From Deltaproteobacteria bacterium (GTDB taxonomy: Bacteria; Desulfobacterota; Desulfarculia; Adiutricales; Adiutricaceae), in NCBI GenBank assembly GCA_031264015.1, contig JAISET010000169.1, positions 1 to 33,387 on the forward strand: DNA of 33,387 nt, read 5' to 3'. Positions 1 to 9,640 of the stretch are shown one piece after another; position 1 is the stretch's first letter, and the number at the start of each line of letters is the position of its first letter. A model generated the notes under the pieces. That model ran no database searches, was not told the DNA's origin, and saw only the letters and a program-made list of their open reading frames with translations. The position numbers and the translations under genes are program-made.

Positions 1-187
1 TATTGAAACTTAACGCTGCCACGGGCCTTGAGCCGACATATGCGAGGTATTTCACGTGTTGCCCAATCATCTTGCCAAAGCCAAGATAATGGTATTGCCT
101 GACCATTTGGTCCCAGAGGGCCTCGGAATCAGTCTTGTTGGCGATTGTGATAGTGACCGGGGGGTGATCTCTCACATATCCCAGCAT
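1..187 (-). CDS. N-terminal part of a hypothetical protein that continues past the window edge. Manual translation gives MLGYVRDHPPVTITIANKTDSEALWDQMVRQYHYLGFGKMIGQHVKYLAYVGSRPVAALSFN...
   Basis: Manual reverse-strand translation: ATG at 187 and an open frame to position 1. The piece is too short to appear in the ORF track. The QYHYLGFGK motif loosely resembles DUF4338-type IS-associated proteins, but that is recalled from memory and uncertain. Confidence 0.3.
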   Translation of the reverse strand, partial: MLGYVRDHPPVTITIANKTDSEALWDQMVRQYHYLGFGKMIGQHVKYLAYVGSRPVAALSFN

Positions 188-323
188 TGGCGTCTCATCT
201 AATAACACTAAACATCCATCCATTCATTCAGAAGTTACCAACATAAGGTGGCGGCTCCCGCTAGTGGTGCCATATCAAGGTCAAGTCTAAAAGTCCAGCA
301 TTTTTTTTCTGTTGTGGTGCTAT

Positions 324-1647
324 TTAGTCTTTGGCAAATTCATCAATTTTTGTATTATACCAATTTGGAAAGAGATTTGCAAGAAAGATTTTGACGATCT
401 GTTGTTGGGGGATGGCGAACAATTCCCCTCGCAGCTTTTCCTTGGTTGGATGAATCGAATAATTCCACTCTCCGTGAAATTTATCGGCAGTGAGATTAAT
501 CTCTTTCATCTGTTCATCTGATATCTTCTTTCCTGTTGGATATTTCCGATGATCCAATCGACAATTCACGGTCAATCCTTTTTCTGTCTTAGTATGGCTA
601 ATCAAGCTAACCATTGTCTCGTGATCAGTCAATGGTTCGCCTCTCCAATTCGACGATATAAATGAAAATAAACGGTGCTCTGACTTATTCCATTTACCGG
701 TTTCTGGAGGAAAATGACAAACCTTGATGCCAAAGCCAAGATAATTTGACAGTTCCTGTAATTTAAATTTCCAAAGTCTATTACGATATCCTTTAAACCG
801 CCACAGTCAGGAGTTATCAATAGATATCCTGGATCTGAAAATAGTTTTATCCCGTGGTATCTCCACCATCCCTTGATTGAATTGGCAGCAAATTCACTTG
901 TGTCATGATCAGTCACAATATTAATGAACCTCATGCTATTGGTAATATCATAGATTCCATAAGGGCAGGCACGCGGAAGATCAGGTTTTGGAAAATCATG
1001 TCCATTTACTCTTCCAGGATTTTTTGACTTTCGCCGTCGCCGACCTTTATTATCAAAATTACAAATTAGCCCTTTCTTTTTTGTGTCGACAGATATGATA
1101 GGACACTCCTATTTCATTGTTTTCTCAACCAAAGAATTGATAAATTTAAATTGAGCGTCTCTGTCAATATGATCGGCGCCTTCTTCAGCTTTAAAGTCAC
1201 TTTGAAGGCTGTGTCCATTCTCTTTTAATAATCGCCCAATCTTTGGATAACTAATAGCATGTCCCATCTTTTCAAGTTCTTGAGCCAAATATCCGGCACT
1301 TTTCAACGTCCATGACCGAGGTGTCTCAGGGTAGCCATATGCGCTTTCCTCGACCAAACCAAAGAGGTCCTCCGACAAAGTCTGATCCAAGGATTCTGGA
1401 CCGGGTCGCCCGGCGCCGGGCTTATGAGCTCGACCTGGCGCGAGAGGAGGCGCCCCGGATTTAATCTCGCCAACTCCCTTTGGTCATGGTGACTCCTGAC
1501 AGCCCTGAAAATCGGCTGACAGTGCCGACGCCTCCATAACCTAACTTGACGGCACAGGCGGCGGCAATCTCGTCCGCCGCCCTCTTTCATCCAAGTATTT
1601 CCAGGAATTTGCCATATAAATTCCTTTATGTCGGATTCATTTTCCAT
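324..1647 (-). pseudogene. ISAzo13-family (DDE) transposase, disrupted by at least three frameshifts
   Basis: The fragments are collinear with ISAzo13-type transposases. The N-terminal fragment is recovered in an alternate frame (RAADEIAAACAVKLGYGGVGTVSRFSGLSGVTMTKG). Then come 1109-1390 (PETPRSWTLKSAGYLAQELEKMGHAISYPKIGRLL...ADHIDRDAQF), 629-934 (DHDTSEFA...LLITPDCGG) and 324-632 (CHFPPETGKWNKSEHRLFSFIS..GEPLTDHETMVSLISHTKTEKGLTVNCRLDHRKYP...FHGEWNYSIHP). The body is low-GC, unlike the surrounding DNA. Confidence 0.75.
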
Positions 1648-2346
1648 GCTAAAGATTTTGGCATAAAAAAAACTTGCAAAGTAAATTTTTTACCTGATCA
1701 AAAGCCGACTTTCAAGCGGAAACCAAACTTGTTGGAAAGATTTATGGCGCGTCCCGCTCTCCGGGCCTGCCGTTGAAAAATAAATTTAAGGCGTCGGGAG
1801 GTTTTTTTTCATGCCTGCGGTCGCGGCTTTAGCTTCAATGACTGTTCCACGCCAGAACCTTTCAAGCCTTGCAGAAGCTGATTTCCATCTCAGTTGCATT
1901 ACTGCAATAAAAACGTTAAAAAATTGCTAAAACTTCATAAAATTATCTTTTGTTAACTATTGATATTTCAGAATACTTTTGGGAATTATATTTTATATGG
2001 CATGGATGCGCATCTGAAAAATTTCTGAAAATGATTGATGACACAGACGGCTCGAAGTTAATTGATTAGTTGTTTTACGGATAACACCATGGGCTGCGGA
2101 CCGTCACTTAGGCTTTACAGGCCCGGGGGCTTGTGGTATATTCATCAGACTTTTCCGGGCCTGCTCCCTGTCGGCGCCTGTGTCGGCCCGTTCGTCACCG
2201 GACGGCCGCCTGTCTTCGACCGTCGGTTTTGGCCCGGACCCCGACTTTTTTACTTTTCCCGACTTAATTTTCCGCCATGCCCGGTAGTCTCCGGGTGGCC
2301 TCCGTCCGACCGGGGCCGAGCTTATATTCCAGGAGCCGAGAGCCGC

Positions 2347-2622
2347 ATGGCCCCCGTCAACCACCCTTTGCTGACCAGCCTTTTCCGGCGTCTCCTCTTT
2401 TTCTGCGCCCTCGCGGGCCTGGGCCTCGCGGGCCTGGTCGCCACCCGGCTGAGCCTCTTCAAAGTCCACTTTCCCGACCTGGTCTCCCGGCAGACGGGCT
2501 TCTACGCGGACTGCGTCTGCCTGACCCTCCTCTTCCTGGGCCTGATCCTGCTCGTCCGCCAGGCCAGGGCCCTGGCCTGGCGCCTCAGGCGCGTGGACGA
2601 CCTGGGGGAGTCGCGCTGGTGA
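2347..2622 (+). CDS. small membrane protein (about 91 aa, two predicted TM helices), function unknown
   Basis: In-frame ATG at 2347 within ORF 2062-2622. Hydrophobic segments LLFFCALAGLGLAGLVATRL and CVCLTLLFLGLILLV. It lies immediately upstream of ccdA. The alternative start at 2062 would give a less plausible N-terminus. Confidence 0.4.
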   Translation: MAPVNHPLLTSLFRRLLFFCALAGLGLAGLVATRLSLFKVHFPDLVSRQTGFYADCVCLTLLFLGLILLVRQARALAWRLRRVDDLGESRW

Positions 2623-2665
2623 GGTCCCCCGCCCTCCCTCTTCCAAGGCGGTCCCCGTTTTGCCG

Positions 2666-3388
2666 ATGATCCACAACGTCGACGCCCTGGCCGCCTTCCT
2701 GGCCGGGCTGCTCACCTTTTTCACCCCGTGCACCCTGCCCCTGCTGCCGGGCTGGCTGGCCCTGGTGGCTGGCCTGGGCCACGGCGAGGTCCTCTCCCCC
2801 GACTACAAGCCCGCTCTCTCCAAGCGGCTGGGCGTCCTCCTCTCCACGATTCTCTTCGTCGTCGGCTTCAGCGCCGTCTTCATCTCCATGGGCGCGGCCG
2901 CCAGCGCCCTGGGCGACTTTCTCTGGGAGCACCAGAGGACGCTGCGCTGGCTGGGGGCCGCCCTGATGGCCCTCTTCGCCCTGGTCCTCCTGGGCGCGGT
3001 CAAACCCCCCGCCCTGATGACGGAAAAGCGCCTGCACTTTTCCAGCAGGCCCCTGGGCCTTCTGGGGGCCCTCCTGGTCGGCATGGCCTTCGCCGCGGGC
3101 TGGACGCCCTGCAGCGGGCCCGTTTTGGCGGCACTCTTGTCTCTGGCCGCCACCGAGCGCAACCTGGCCAGGGGCACCGAGCTTCTGATCTATTTTTCCG
3201 CCGGCCTGGGGCTGCCGTTTGTGGCGTTGTCCCTGATGTGGTCGACCCTGCTGCCGAAACTGCGGCGCCTCTCGAAGTACTCCGTCTGGGCCGGCCGCGT
3301 CCTGGGGGTCATGCTGCTGTTCCTGGCCGTCCTGGTCTTCCTCGACAAGCTCAGCTGGCTCAGCTTCGGCTACGAGGGCGGCCGCTGA
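2666..3388 (+). CDS. ccdA: cytochrome c-type biogenesis / thiol:disulfide electron transporter CcdA (DsbD transmembrane-domain family)
   Basis: Multi-TM protein with the two conserved Cys motifs of the DsbD/CcdA fold (FFTPCTLPLLPG and WTPCSGPV). The ORF caller used a TTG at 2660; the ATG at 2666 is preferred. Confidence 0.85.
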   Translation: MIHNVDALAAFLAGLLTFFTPCTLPLLPGWLALVAGLGHGEVLSPDYKPALSKRLGVLLSTILFVVGFSAVFISMGAAASALGDFLWEHQRTLRWLGAALMALFALVLLGAVKPPALMTEKRLHFSSRPLGLLGALLVGMAFAAGWTPCSGPVLAALLSLAATERNLARGTELLIYFSAGLGLPFVALSLMWSTLLPKLRRLSKYSVWAGRVLGVMLLFLAVLVFLDKLSWLSFGYEGGR

Positions 3389-3765
3389 CCACCCCGTCCG
3401 GCCGCCCTCGCCGGGCCGGGCCGCCCCGTTGAAATTAAGGTTGCCTAAAAGGGCGGCTTTTGTTATTCTTAGGCCGCCCCGCGGGAGCCGCCGGAGAGTT
3501 TCAAGCTTTTAACTTCAATCTTTGCGCCTCAACTTCGCGTCCCGCGCTTTAAACTTTCTGTTTAAAGCATTAAGGTTCGGGCCGCGAGACTGCGGATCCG
3601 CGAAATTTGCCGCTCCGCAAAGTTTTCGGCTCCGAGCCCGGCGGTCCCCCCCCGCCGCCGTTTTTTTCCCGGGGCGGTCCTCCGACCCGTCTGTCCCCCA
3701 CTCCGCCGCGCCCAAAATGTTCGGCGCGGGCCGGCGGCCGACATGGCCGCCCGCGAGGCGTCCCG

Positions 3766-4320
3766 ATGGCCTTGAGCCGACGGAAATTTTTTCTGGCCGC
3801 GGCCGCGTTTTTGCTCCTGCCGCTGTTTTTTAGCCGGGGCCCCGCCCTGGCCGCCCCCGGCGAGAGCCTCGGGACGGCGGCCCCCGAGGCGGCCCCGCCG
3901 GGAGTCGAGCCCGGCTCGCCCGGCGACTTCGGGGGGGGCCTGGCCACCTACGGTCTCGAGGAAGCCTTCGCCAAGGCGGCCGAAGAAAACAAGCACGTCT
4001 TCGTCTACTTCTGGACCAACGCCTGCCCCTACTGCCGGGAGTTCAGCAGGACGGTCATGGGGGACGCCGACATCCGCATTAGTCTGAGCCGGGACTTCGT
4101 CGTGGTCTCCCTGGACGCCGACCGGGAGAGGAGCCTGGCCCGCCGGTTCCGGCTGACCGGCGTCCCCTTCCTGGTCTTCCTCGACCCCGAGGGGCGGACG
4201 GCCTCGGTCATCCCCGGCGCCGTGACGACGGATTTTTTTCTGGTTTATCTGGAATACGTCAAAACAATGTCGTATACTAAGCTGGACTTCGCCGAATTTG
4301 TCGAGAGCCTCGCCCGCTGA
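3766..4320 (+). CDS. secreted thioredoxin-fold protein with a twin-arginine (Tat) signal peptide and a WTNACPYC active site
   Basis: N-terminus MALSRRKFFLAAAAFLLLPL..ALAAP (SRRxFL Tat motif plus a hydrophobic core). CXXC motif YFWTNACPYCREF in a thioredoxin-like context resembling the DsbD gamma domain. It is paralogous to the next gene. Confidence 0.7.
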   Translation: MALSRRKFFLAAAAFLLLPLFFSRGPALAAPGESLGTAAPEAAPPGVEPGSPGDFGGGLATYGLEEAFAKAAEENKHVFVYFWTNACPYCREFSRTVMGDADIRISLSRDFVVVSLDADRERSLARRFRLTGVPFLVFLDPEGRTASVIPGAVTTDFFLVYLEYVKTMSYTKLDFAEFVESLAR

Positions 4321-4457
4321 CGTCGGCGGGCGGAGGGCCGTTTCCGGGGCGCCTTGACGGGCCCCGGCCTTTGAGCTTGCCGCCTTTTTCGAACTTTTTT
4401 CTCTTTTTTGGCCGCCATCCCAACCGTTTGAAGCGCCCCCGGGGGGTCGACTTTTTT

Positions 4458-5177
4458 ATGAGAGCTGTTCTGACCGCTCTGCTGAGCCTCTTTTTGCTGC
4501 TCGCCTCCGGCGGGGCCGAGGCCCTGGTCTTCCCCTCCCCGGACAATCTGGACGCGGGGCTGAAGACGGCGCCCTACGAGGAGGCCCTGCGCCTGGCCGC
4601 CGAAAACGACTCCCTGGTCCTGCTCTACTTCTGGACCGACTGGTGCTCCAACTGCGCCGCCTTCAGTAAAAACGTCCTGACCATGCCCTCGATCGTCGGC
4701 GCCCTCAACAAGGATTTCCTGCTGGTCTCTCTCGACAGCGACACCGAGCGCGAGCTGTCCAGCAAGTACCGGGTCAGGGTGGTGCCGACCTTGCTGTTTC
4801 TCGACTCGCAGGGGGCGCCCGTCTCGGTGCTGCCCGGGGCCATTCCCGGCGAGATCTTCGGCCTGGTCCTGGATTACATGTCCAGCGGGGCCTACGTCGG
4901 CCTGGAGTTCGAGGACTACCTGGAGCAAAACCCGGACCTTTTGAAGGACGCCGTCGCCCGCTTCTCCGAGTCGGCGGCTCCCGCGGCGCCCCCCGTGCCG
5001 CGGCTCGCCGACCTGGCCGCCAGCGGGGACGACCTGCGCCTGGCCAACGCCGCCCTGGGGCTTTTTCGCCTGGCCGCCGCCGGCCTGATCCCTCCGCTGC
5101 GGGCCGCGGCGCTGGAAAAGGCCGCGGAGCCCGTCTGGCGCGACCTGCCCGGCCTGGGGCTCCCGCCCGGGTCCTGA
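4458..5177 (+). CDS. secreted thioredoxin-fold protein (paralog of the previous gene) with a WTDWCSNC active site and a Sec-type signal peptide
   Basis: N-terminus MRAVLTALLSLFLLLASGGAEA. YFWTDWCSNCAAF...VVPTLLFLD aligns along its length with the previous protein (YFWTNACPYC...GVPFLVFLD). Ala/Pro-rich C-terminal tail. Confidence 0.7.
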   Translation: MRAVLTALLSLFLLLASGGAEALVFPSPDNLDAGLKTAPYEEALRLAAENDSLVLLYFWTDWCSNCAAFSKNVLTMPSIVGALNKDFLLVSLDSDTERELSSKYRVRVVPTLLFLDSQGAPVSVLPGAIPGEIFGLVLDYMSSGAYVGLEFEDYLEQNPDLLKDAVARFSESAAPAAPPVPRLADLAASGDDLRLANAALGLFRLAAAGLIPPLRAAALEKAAEPVWRDLPGLGLPPGS

Positions 5178-5426
5178 GTCGGCCCGCCCGGACGGCCTGG
5201 GGGCGCGGATAATCACGAACAAGTTCGGACAATAACGGGCTTTGGCAACACCCGAGGACATTTTAAAGGATAAAGTTTTATTTTTTGCGTCAAAGTATTG
5301 TTGTCTCAAATTATTATTTAACTCCAAAATTAATTTCTCTATGCTCAGACGTCGTTCCGCATGACACGAACATCTTGCGGGCCAATAGTGATTGAATCTG
5401 ATTGGATTTTTTAAGGAGGCGGTTTT

Positions 5427-6254
5427 ATGTCGGGTCTAAAAAAGCTGCAAACCTGTCTTTTAATTCAACTTTTGATTGTCTTTTTCATCGGCTGCTCGCC
5501 GGTGGTGGGCACCGGCCGCTCCCAGCTCAACCTGGTGGACGACGCCGAGCTCAACCAGTCGGCCGCCCTCCAGTACACCGAGCTCATCAAGGACAGTCAT
5601 CTCTCCTCCAACCGGGAGCAGACCAGGATGATCCGCCGGGTGGGCGACCGCATCAGCCGGGCCGCCAGGGAGCTGATGGCCTCCGAGGGCCGGGCCGCCG
5701 AGGTCGAGGCCTACAAGTGGGAGTTCAACCTCATCGAGAGCGACGAGGTCAACGCCTTCTGCATGCCCGGCGGCAAGGTGGCCTTCTACACCGGCATCCT
5801 GCCCGTCTGCCAGACCGAGGCCGGGGTGGCAGCGGTCATGGGTCACGAGGTGGCCCACGCCCTGGCCAAACACGGCAACGAGCGGGTCAGCCAGCAGATG
5901 ATGACCAGCATCGGGGCGAGCCTTTTAAGCATAGGCCTGGGCGTCGGCGGGGTCTCCGGGGGCACCTCGGACCTGGTCATGACCGCCTTCTCGGTGGGCA
6001 GCACCTACGGGGTCCTGCTGCCCTTCAGCCGCTCCCACGAGGCCGAGGCGGACAGGATCGGCATGAGCCTCATGTCCATGGCCGGCTACGACCCCCAGGA
6101 GGCCGTCAACCTCTGGGAGAGAATGGCCGAGGAATCCGGCGGCAAGAGCCCGCCCTTCTTCATGAGCACGCACCCGTCCAACCAGCAGCGCATCAAAAAC
6201 CTGCAGAGCTATCTGCCGGAGGCCCAGCAGCGCTTCAAGCCGACCGGCAAATAA
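5427..6254 (+). CDS. M48-family zinc metallopeptidase lipoprotein (BepA/YcaL/LoiP-like)
   Basis: Lipobox LIVFFIGCS; HEXXH motif HEVAHALAKHGNE with a downstream SHEAEAD glutamate. Strong RBS AAGGAGG at 5413-5419. Confidence 0.85.
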   Translation: MSGLKKLQTCLLIQLLIVFFIGCSPVVGTGRSQLNLVDDAELNQSAALQYTELIKDSHLSSNREQTRMIRRVGDRISRAARELMASEGRAAEVEAYKWEFNLIESDEVNAFCMPGGKVAFYTGILPVCQTEAGVAAVMGHEVAHALAKHGNERVSQQMMTSIGASLLSIGLGVGGVSGGTSDLVMTAFSVGSTYGVLLPFSRSHEAEADRIGMSLMSMAGYDPQEAVNLWERMAEESGGKSPPFFMSTHPSNQQRIKNLQSYLPEAQQRFKPTGK

Positions 6255-6317
6255 CGGGCGGAGTCCGTCCGGGCAAGAGTCGGGCGGGGGCTGTCGGGCG
6301 GGGGGCTGTCGGGACGG

Positions 6318-6365
6318 CCCGGGCCGGTCCGAAGCCGCGCCGCGAGACGCGGCCGGGCTTTATCC
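6318..6365 (+). terminator. probable intrinsic terminator after the M48 peptidase gene (long imperfect GC hairpin followed by TTTAT)
   Basis: gcccgggccggtccgaagccgcgccgcgagacgcggccgggc followed by ttta. The arms are imperfect and the T-tract is weak. Confidence 0.35.
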
Positions 6366-6890
6366 GGGCATAATTTAGCCTGACTTCATCTAATTTGACC
6401 CGGCCGCCCACGGGTGGCGGACAGGCTTCCGGGCGTCCCCAAACGTCCGCGTCGATTTTTTGGCTCCCTGGTTGCGCCTTGATTTCAACTTGTCTTTGCC
6501 TTATCTTTGATTTATTTTTGATTAGATATTAAAATGTTTTTGCCTTTTTAAGCTTTTCCAGACCCGCAATTATATTTTTTGTCTTCGAATTTTGCTTTTT
6601 TTCACCGTCGGCCTCTGTAATTTTGTTTAAGTCTCCGCATTTTTGTTTTTTCGACCTTTTGCCTCTAAATTTTTATTCCCCTTGTGGGCGGCCCCCAAAG
6701 TTTCGCCCGTCTTCCCAGGCATGTCGCCCCGACCCTTGATGTTCTCACGTCGGGCGGGAGCAGGCGCGGCCGGGAGCCGGCGGCCCGGCGGCGTCGGGGC
6801 CGTTAATACCGGGCCGCCAGTTTGCGGGGCCGGAGCCCCCAGCGCCTCGGCTTCGCCGGGGATATCCATCTAGCGAAAAGGATTGTCATA

Positions 6891-8408
6891 ATGAGAAGGC
6901 GAGAGTTTCCCGGGACGCTCCGGCGCGCGCCGGCCGCCGCCGTCCTGCTTGGCCTGCTGGCGGCCGCCGTGATTTTGGCGGGCTGCGCCGACCCGGTCAG
7001 GCAGACGGCCGGGCGGCCTTTCATAGCCGTCCCCATAGAGCCGTCGACCATCTACGGCGAGGCGACCATCGGGGAGGGCCGCTCCAGGGAGGCCATAGAC
7101 AGTCTCGAGGTGCCCGGCCTCCCCCACTCCGGCCCCCTGACCCTGGAGGACTGCGTCGAGCTGGCCGCCAGGGTCAACCCCAACATCGACAGCACCGACC
7201 AGGGCTACCTGGGGGCGATGTGGTCGCGCTGGCAGGCGATCACCGACTTCCTGCCCTCGGTGGGCATGAGCTACGGCCCCACCCGCTACAGCGATGCCAC
7301 CGCCACCGGCTCCCGGGACCAGTGGTCCTGGGGCACGGAAGTCCAGGTGCCGATCTTTACCGGCGGAAGGACGGTGGCCAGCTATCTCCTGGGCCAGCTG
7401 GGCCTCTCCGAGGCCGACATCAACCGGGTGCGGGCCAAGGAGGACCTGGTGCTGGCCGTCAAGCAGGCCTACTACGGCATCCTGGCCGCCGAGAAGGCCC
7501 TGGACGTGGCCAAGACCACGGTCGTCAACCTCCAGAGCCACCTCAACGTCGCCAGGAACTTCTACGACGTCGGCATGGTCCCCCAGAACCAGGTCCTCGA
7601 GGCCGAGGTGGAGCTGGCCCGGGCGCAGCTGCAGGAGACCAACCGCGGCCGCGAGCTCAACATCGCCATCTCCAAACTGAACGTCCTCTTAAGGCGCCCC
7701 ATGGGCCTGCCGCTGAGCCTCAAGGACGAGCTCAGCCAGCCCCGCTTCCCCATGACCCTGGACGACTGCCTGCTGACCGGCCTCAAGGACAACCCCGAGG
7801 TCCAGCTGGGCAGAAACCAGGTGGAGATCAGGACCAAGTCAGTCGACGTGGCCCGCAGCGCCCTCTACCCCACCGTGACGGTCAACTACACCAACAACTC
7901 CACGGGCACCACCGGCACCGTCTCCGCCACCAACCAGTGGCGCATGTCGGCCACGGCCAACTTCAACGTCTGGGAGTGGGGCCGGGCCCGGGCCGGGGTG
8001 GAGATCAACAAGGTCACCCTCAACCAGGCCATCGACAACCTGATGGCCCTGGAGGACAACACCAAGCTGGAGATCAACACCAACTTTTTGAATCTGGTCT
8101 CCGCCGCCAGCAACATCTCGGTCTCCTTGAAGGCCGTCGAGCTCGCCCGCGAGAACCTGCGCATGGTTTCCGAGCGCTACCAGGTCCAGGTGGCCACCAA
8201 CACCGAGGTCATGGACGCGCAGACCCTGTTCAGCACGGCCCAGTACGACTACTACCAGGCCCTCTACGACTACAACCTCTCCTGGGCCGCCATCGAGAGG
8301 AGCATGGGCCGCTCGGTGACCACCGCCGGCCTGGTGCCCCTGTCCAGGCCCGTCGGCACCCCCGGCTCCAGCCTGATCCCCCCGGAGCCCGTCGTCGTCT
8401 CCCAGTGA
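6891..8408 (+). CDS. tolC: TolC-family outer membrane efflux channel protein
   Basis: Signal/lipo-like N-terminus MRRREFPGTLRRAPAAAVLLGLLAAAVILAGC. Two outer-membrane-efflux-protein repeats with characteristic coiled-coil motifs (e.g. LTLEDCVELAARVNPNI, NQVLEAEVELARAQ, AVELARENLRMVSERYQVQVATNTEVMDAQTLF...YYQALYDYNLSWAAIE). The ATG at 6891 is preceded by AAAAGGA. Confidence 0.85.
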   Translation: MRRREFPGTLRRAPAAAVLLGLLAAAVILAGCADPVRQTAGRPFIAVPIEPSTIYGEATIGEGRSREAIDSLEVPGLPHSGPLTLEDCVELAARVNPNIDSTDQGYLGAMWSRWQAITDFLPSVGMSYGPTRYSDATATGSRDQWSWGTEVQVPIFTGGRTVASYLLGQLGLSEADINRVRAKEDLVLAVKQAYYGILAAEKALDVAKTTVVNLQSHLNVARNFYDVGMVPQNQVLEAEVELARAQLQETNRGRELNIAISKLNVLLRRPMGLPLSLKDELSQPRFPMTLDDCLLTGLKDNPEVQLGRNQVEIRTKSVDVARSALYPTVTVNYTNNSTGTTGTVSATNQWRMSATANFNVWEWGRARAGVEINKVTLNQAIDNLMALEDNTKLEINTNFLNLVSAASNISVSLKAVELARENLRMVSERYQVQVATNTEVMDAQTLFSTAQYDYYQALYDYNLSWAAIERSMGRSVTTAGLVPLSRPVGTPGSSLIPPEPVVVSQ

Positions 8409-8561
8409 CTTCCCCCTCCCCTCCCCCGCCCCGGGCCTGTCTTCCCGGGGCGGCAGGCGGGCCGCCGACTTGAAGAATTTGGTCGGTTGGAAGAATTTGG
8501 TCGGTTGGAAGAATTGTCGTCAGTTTCAAGAACCGCGACGTTGAAGAATTGTTGATCTGAG

Positions 8562-8588
8562 GCCCCGGGCGATCCTCGGGGCTTTTTT
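8562..8588 (+). terminator. Rho-independent terminator (6-bp GC stem gccccg/cggggc, 9-nt loop, TTTTTT) downstream of tolC
   Basis: gccccgggcgatcctcggggcttttttcc read directly from the sequence. Confidence 0.6.
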
Positions 8589-8617
8589 CCCCCGCCGGGC
8601 TGTCCTCCAGGGGCACC

Positions 8618-9466
8618 ATGATACGCAAAGCTTTCCTAGTCGACTCCCTGGTCGACGGTCCTTTTTCTGGCGCCCCCACCAGCGTGGTCTTCCTGGAATC
8701 GCCCATGGACAAGTTCAAGATGCTGTCCCTGGCCAACGAGATCGGGACCAGCCAGACCGTCTACGTCCTCATGCACGACCAGGCCTCCTACCTGCTGCGC
8801 TTCTTCAGCAGGACGCAGGAGCTGCCCCTGGGCGGGCATTCCTGCCACGCGGCCGCCCATCTGATTTACGAGCTGGGCTTCTCGCCGCCGGGCGAGGAGC
8901 TGGTCTTCCTGACCCAGGAGGGCGAGATCTCCGCCCGCCGGGTCCCCCCGGACCAGACGGCCGTCAGGTTCGCGGCCCAGGCCTTCAACAAGATGGACCA
9001 GAACAACGTCAGCCTCTACTCCGACATCCTGGGCCTGAGTCCCCGCTCCGTCGCCTGGGCCGGGATCACCCAGAATCGGCAGGCCATCCTGGCCGTGGAC
9101 GCCTCCGCCCCCCTCAGGCGCCTGGAGCCGGTCCGGGAGAAGCTTCTCAACTCCGGGGCCACGACGCTGGCCGTGACCGCCCCCGACTCCTCCGCCGGCT
9201 GCGACTATTCCCTGCGCTGCTTCACCCCGGGGCTTCTGTTTCCGGAGCACCTGGTCAGCGCCACAGTCCACCGCAGCCTGGCCCCCCAATGGGGGCGCCT
9301 CCTGCGGAAGACGCGCCTGCAGTGCCGCCAGCTCTCCAGCCGGGGCGGGCTGGTCCTGCTGGACGTCTCCGACCCCGGCCGCGTCCTGATGACCGCCAAG
9401 TCCCGGACCGTCATGCGCAGCGACGTGGTCATGGAGATGATGGACAGCTACCTGGACCCCCTCTGA
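8618..9466 (+). CDS. PhzF-family phenazine-biosynthesis-like protein (predicted isomerase/epimerase)
   Basis: N-terminal F.VDSL...PFSGAPTSVVFL and SQTVYV motifs, and two half-domains typical of the PhzF/DAP-epimerase fold. Length is 282 aa. Confidence 0.65.
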   Translation: MIRKAFLVDSLVDGPFSGAPTSVVFLESPMDKFKMLSLANEIGTSQTVYVLMHDQASYLLRFFSRTQELPLGGHSCHAAAHLIYELGFSPPGEELVFLTQEGEISARRVPPDQTAVRFAAQAFNKMDQNNVSLYSDILGLSPRSVAWAGITQNRQAILAVDASAPLRRLEPVREKLLNSGATTLAVTAPDSSAGCDYSLRCFTPGLLFPEHLVSATVHRSLAPQWGRLLRKTRLQCRQLSSRGGLVLLDVSDPGRVLMTAKSRTVMRSDVVMEMMDSYLDPL

Positions 9467-9610
9467 GCGAACGGAGGCGGCGGCGGGAGTCTCGGACGAG
9501 GCCGGGATATCCGGCTGAAAACGCGGAAAATTTGGCGGCCGGGCGGAAAGAATGGCTGTCGGGCGGAAAGAATGGCTGTCGGACGAAAATTTGGCCATGA
9601 AAAGAAAAAA

Positions 9611-9640
9611 GCCTCCTGGCAAGCATTCCAGGAGGCTTTT
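9611..9640. terminator. bidirectional intrinsic terminator (perfect 9-bp stem gcctcctgg/ccaggaggc, 8-nt loop, flanked by an A-run upstream and a T-run downstream)
   Basis: aaagaaaaaagcctcctggcaagcattccaggaggctttt. Confidence 0.6.

Noticed and set aside
1664-1683. TGGCAT-aaaaaaaa-CTTGCA resembling a sigma-54 -24/-12 promoter
   Set aside because: GG-to-GC spacing is 16 nt instead of the required 12, so it does not fit the TGGCAC-N5-TTGC geometry.
2104-3177. Long minus-strand and alternate-frame ORFs overlapping ccdA (e.g. 2104-2733, 2585-3037, 2728-3432)
   Set aside because: They are antisense or alternate frames of a high-GC gene, with Arg/Pro/Gly-rich low-complexity translations. This is the typical GC-rich frame artefact.
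5402-8473. Alternate-frame ORFs over the M48 and tolC genes (5402-6373, 6870-7541 minus, 7220-8473)
   Set aside because: Low-complexity RG/PG-rich translations overlapping well-supported genes. High-GC artefacts.
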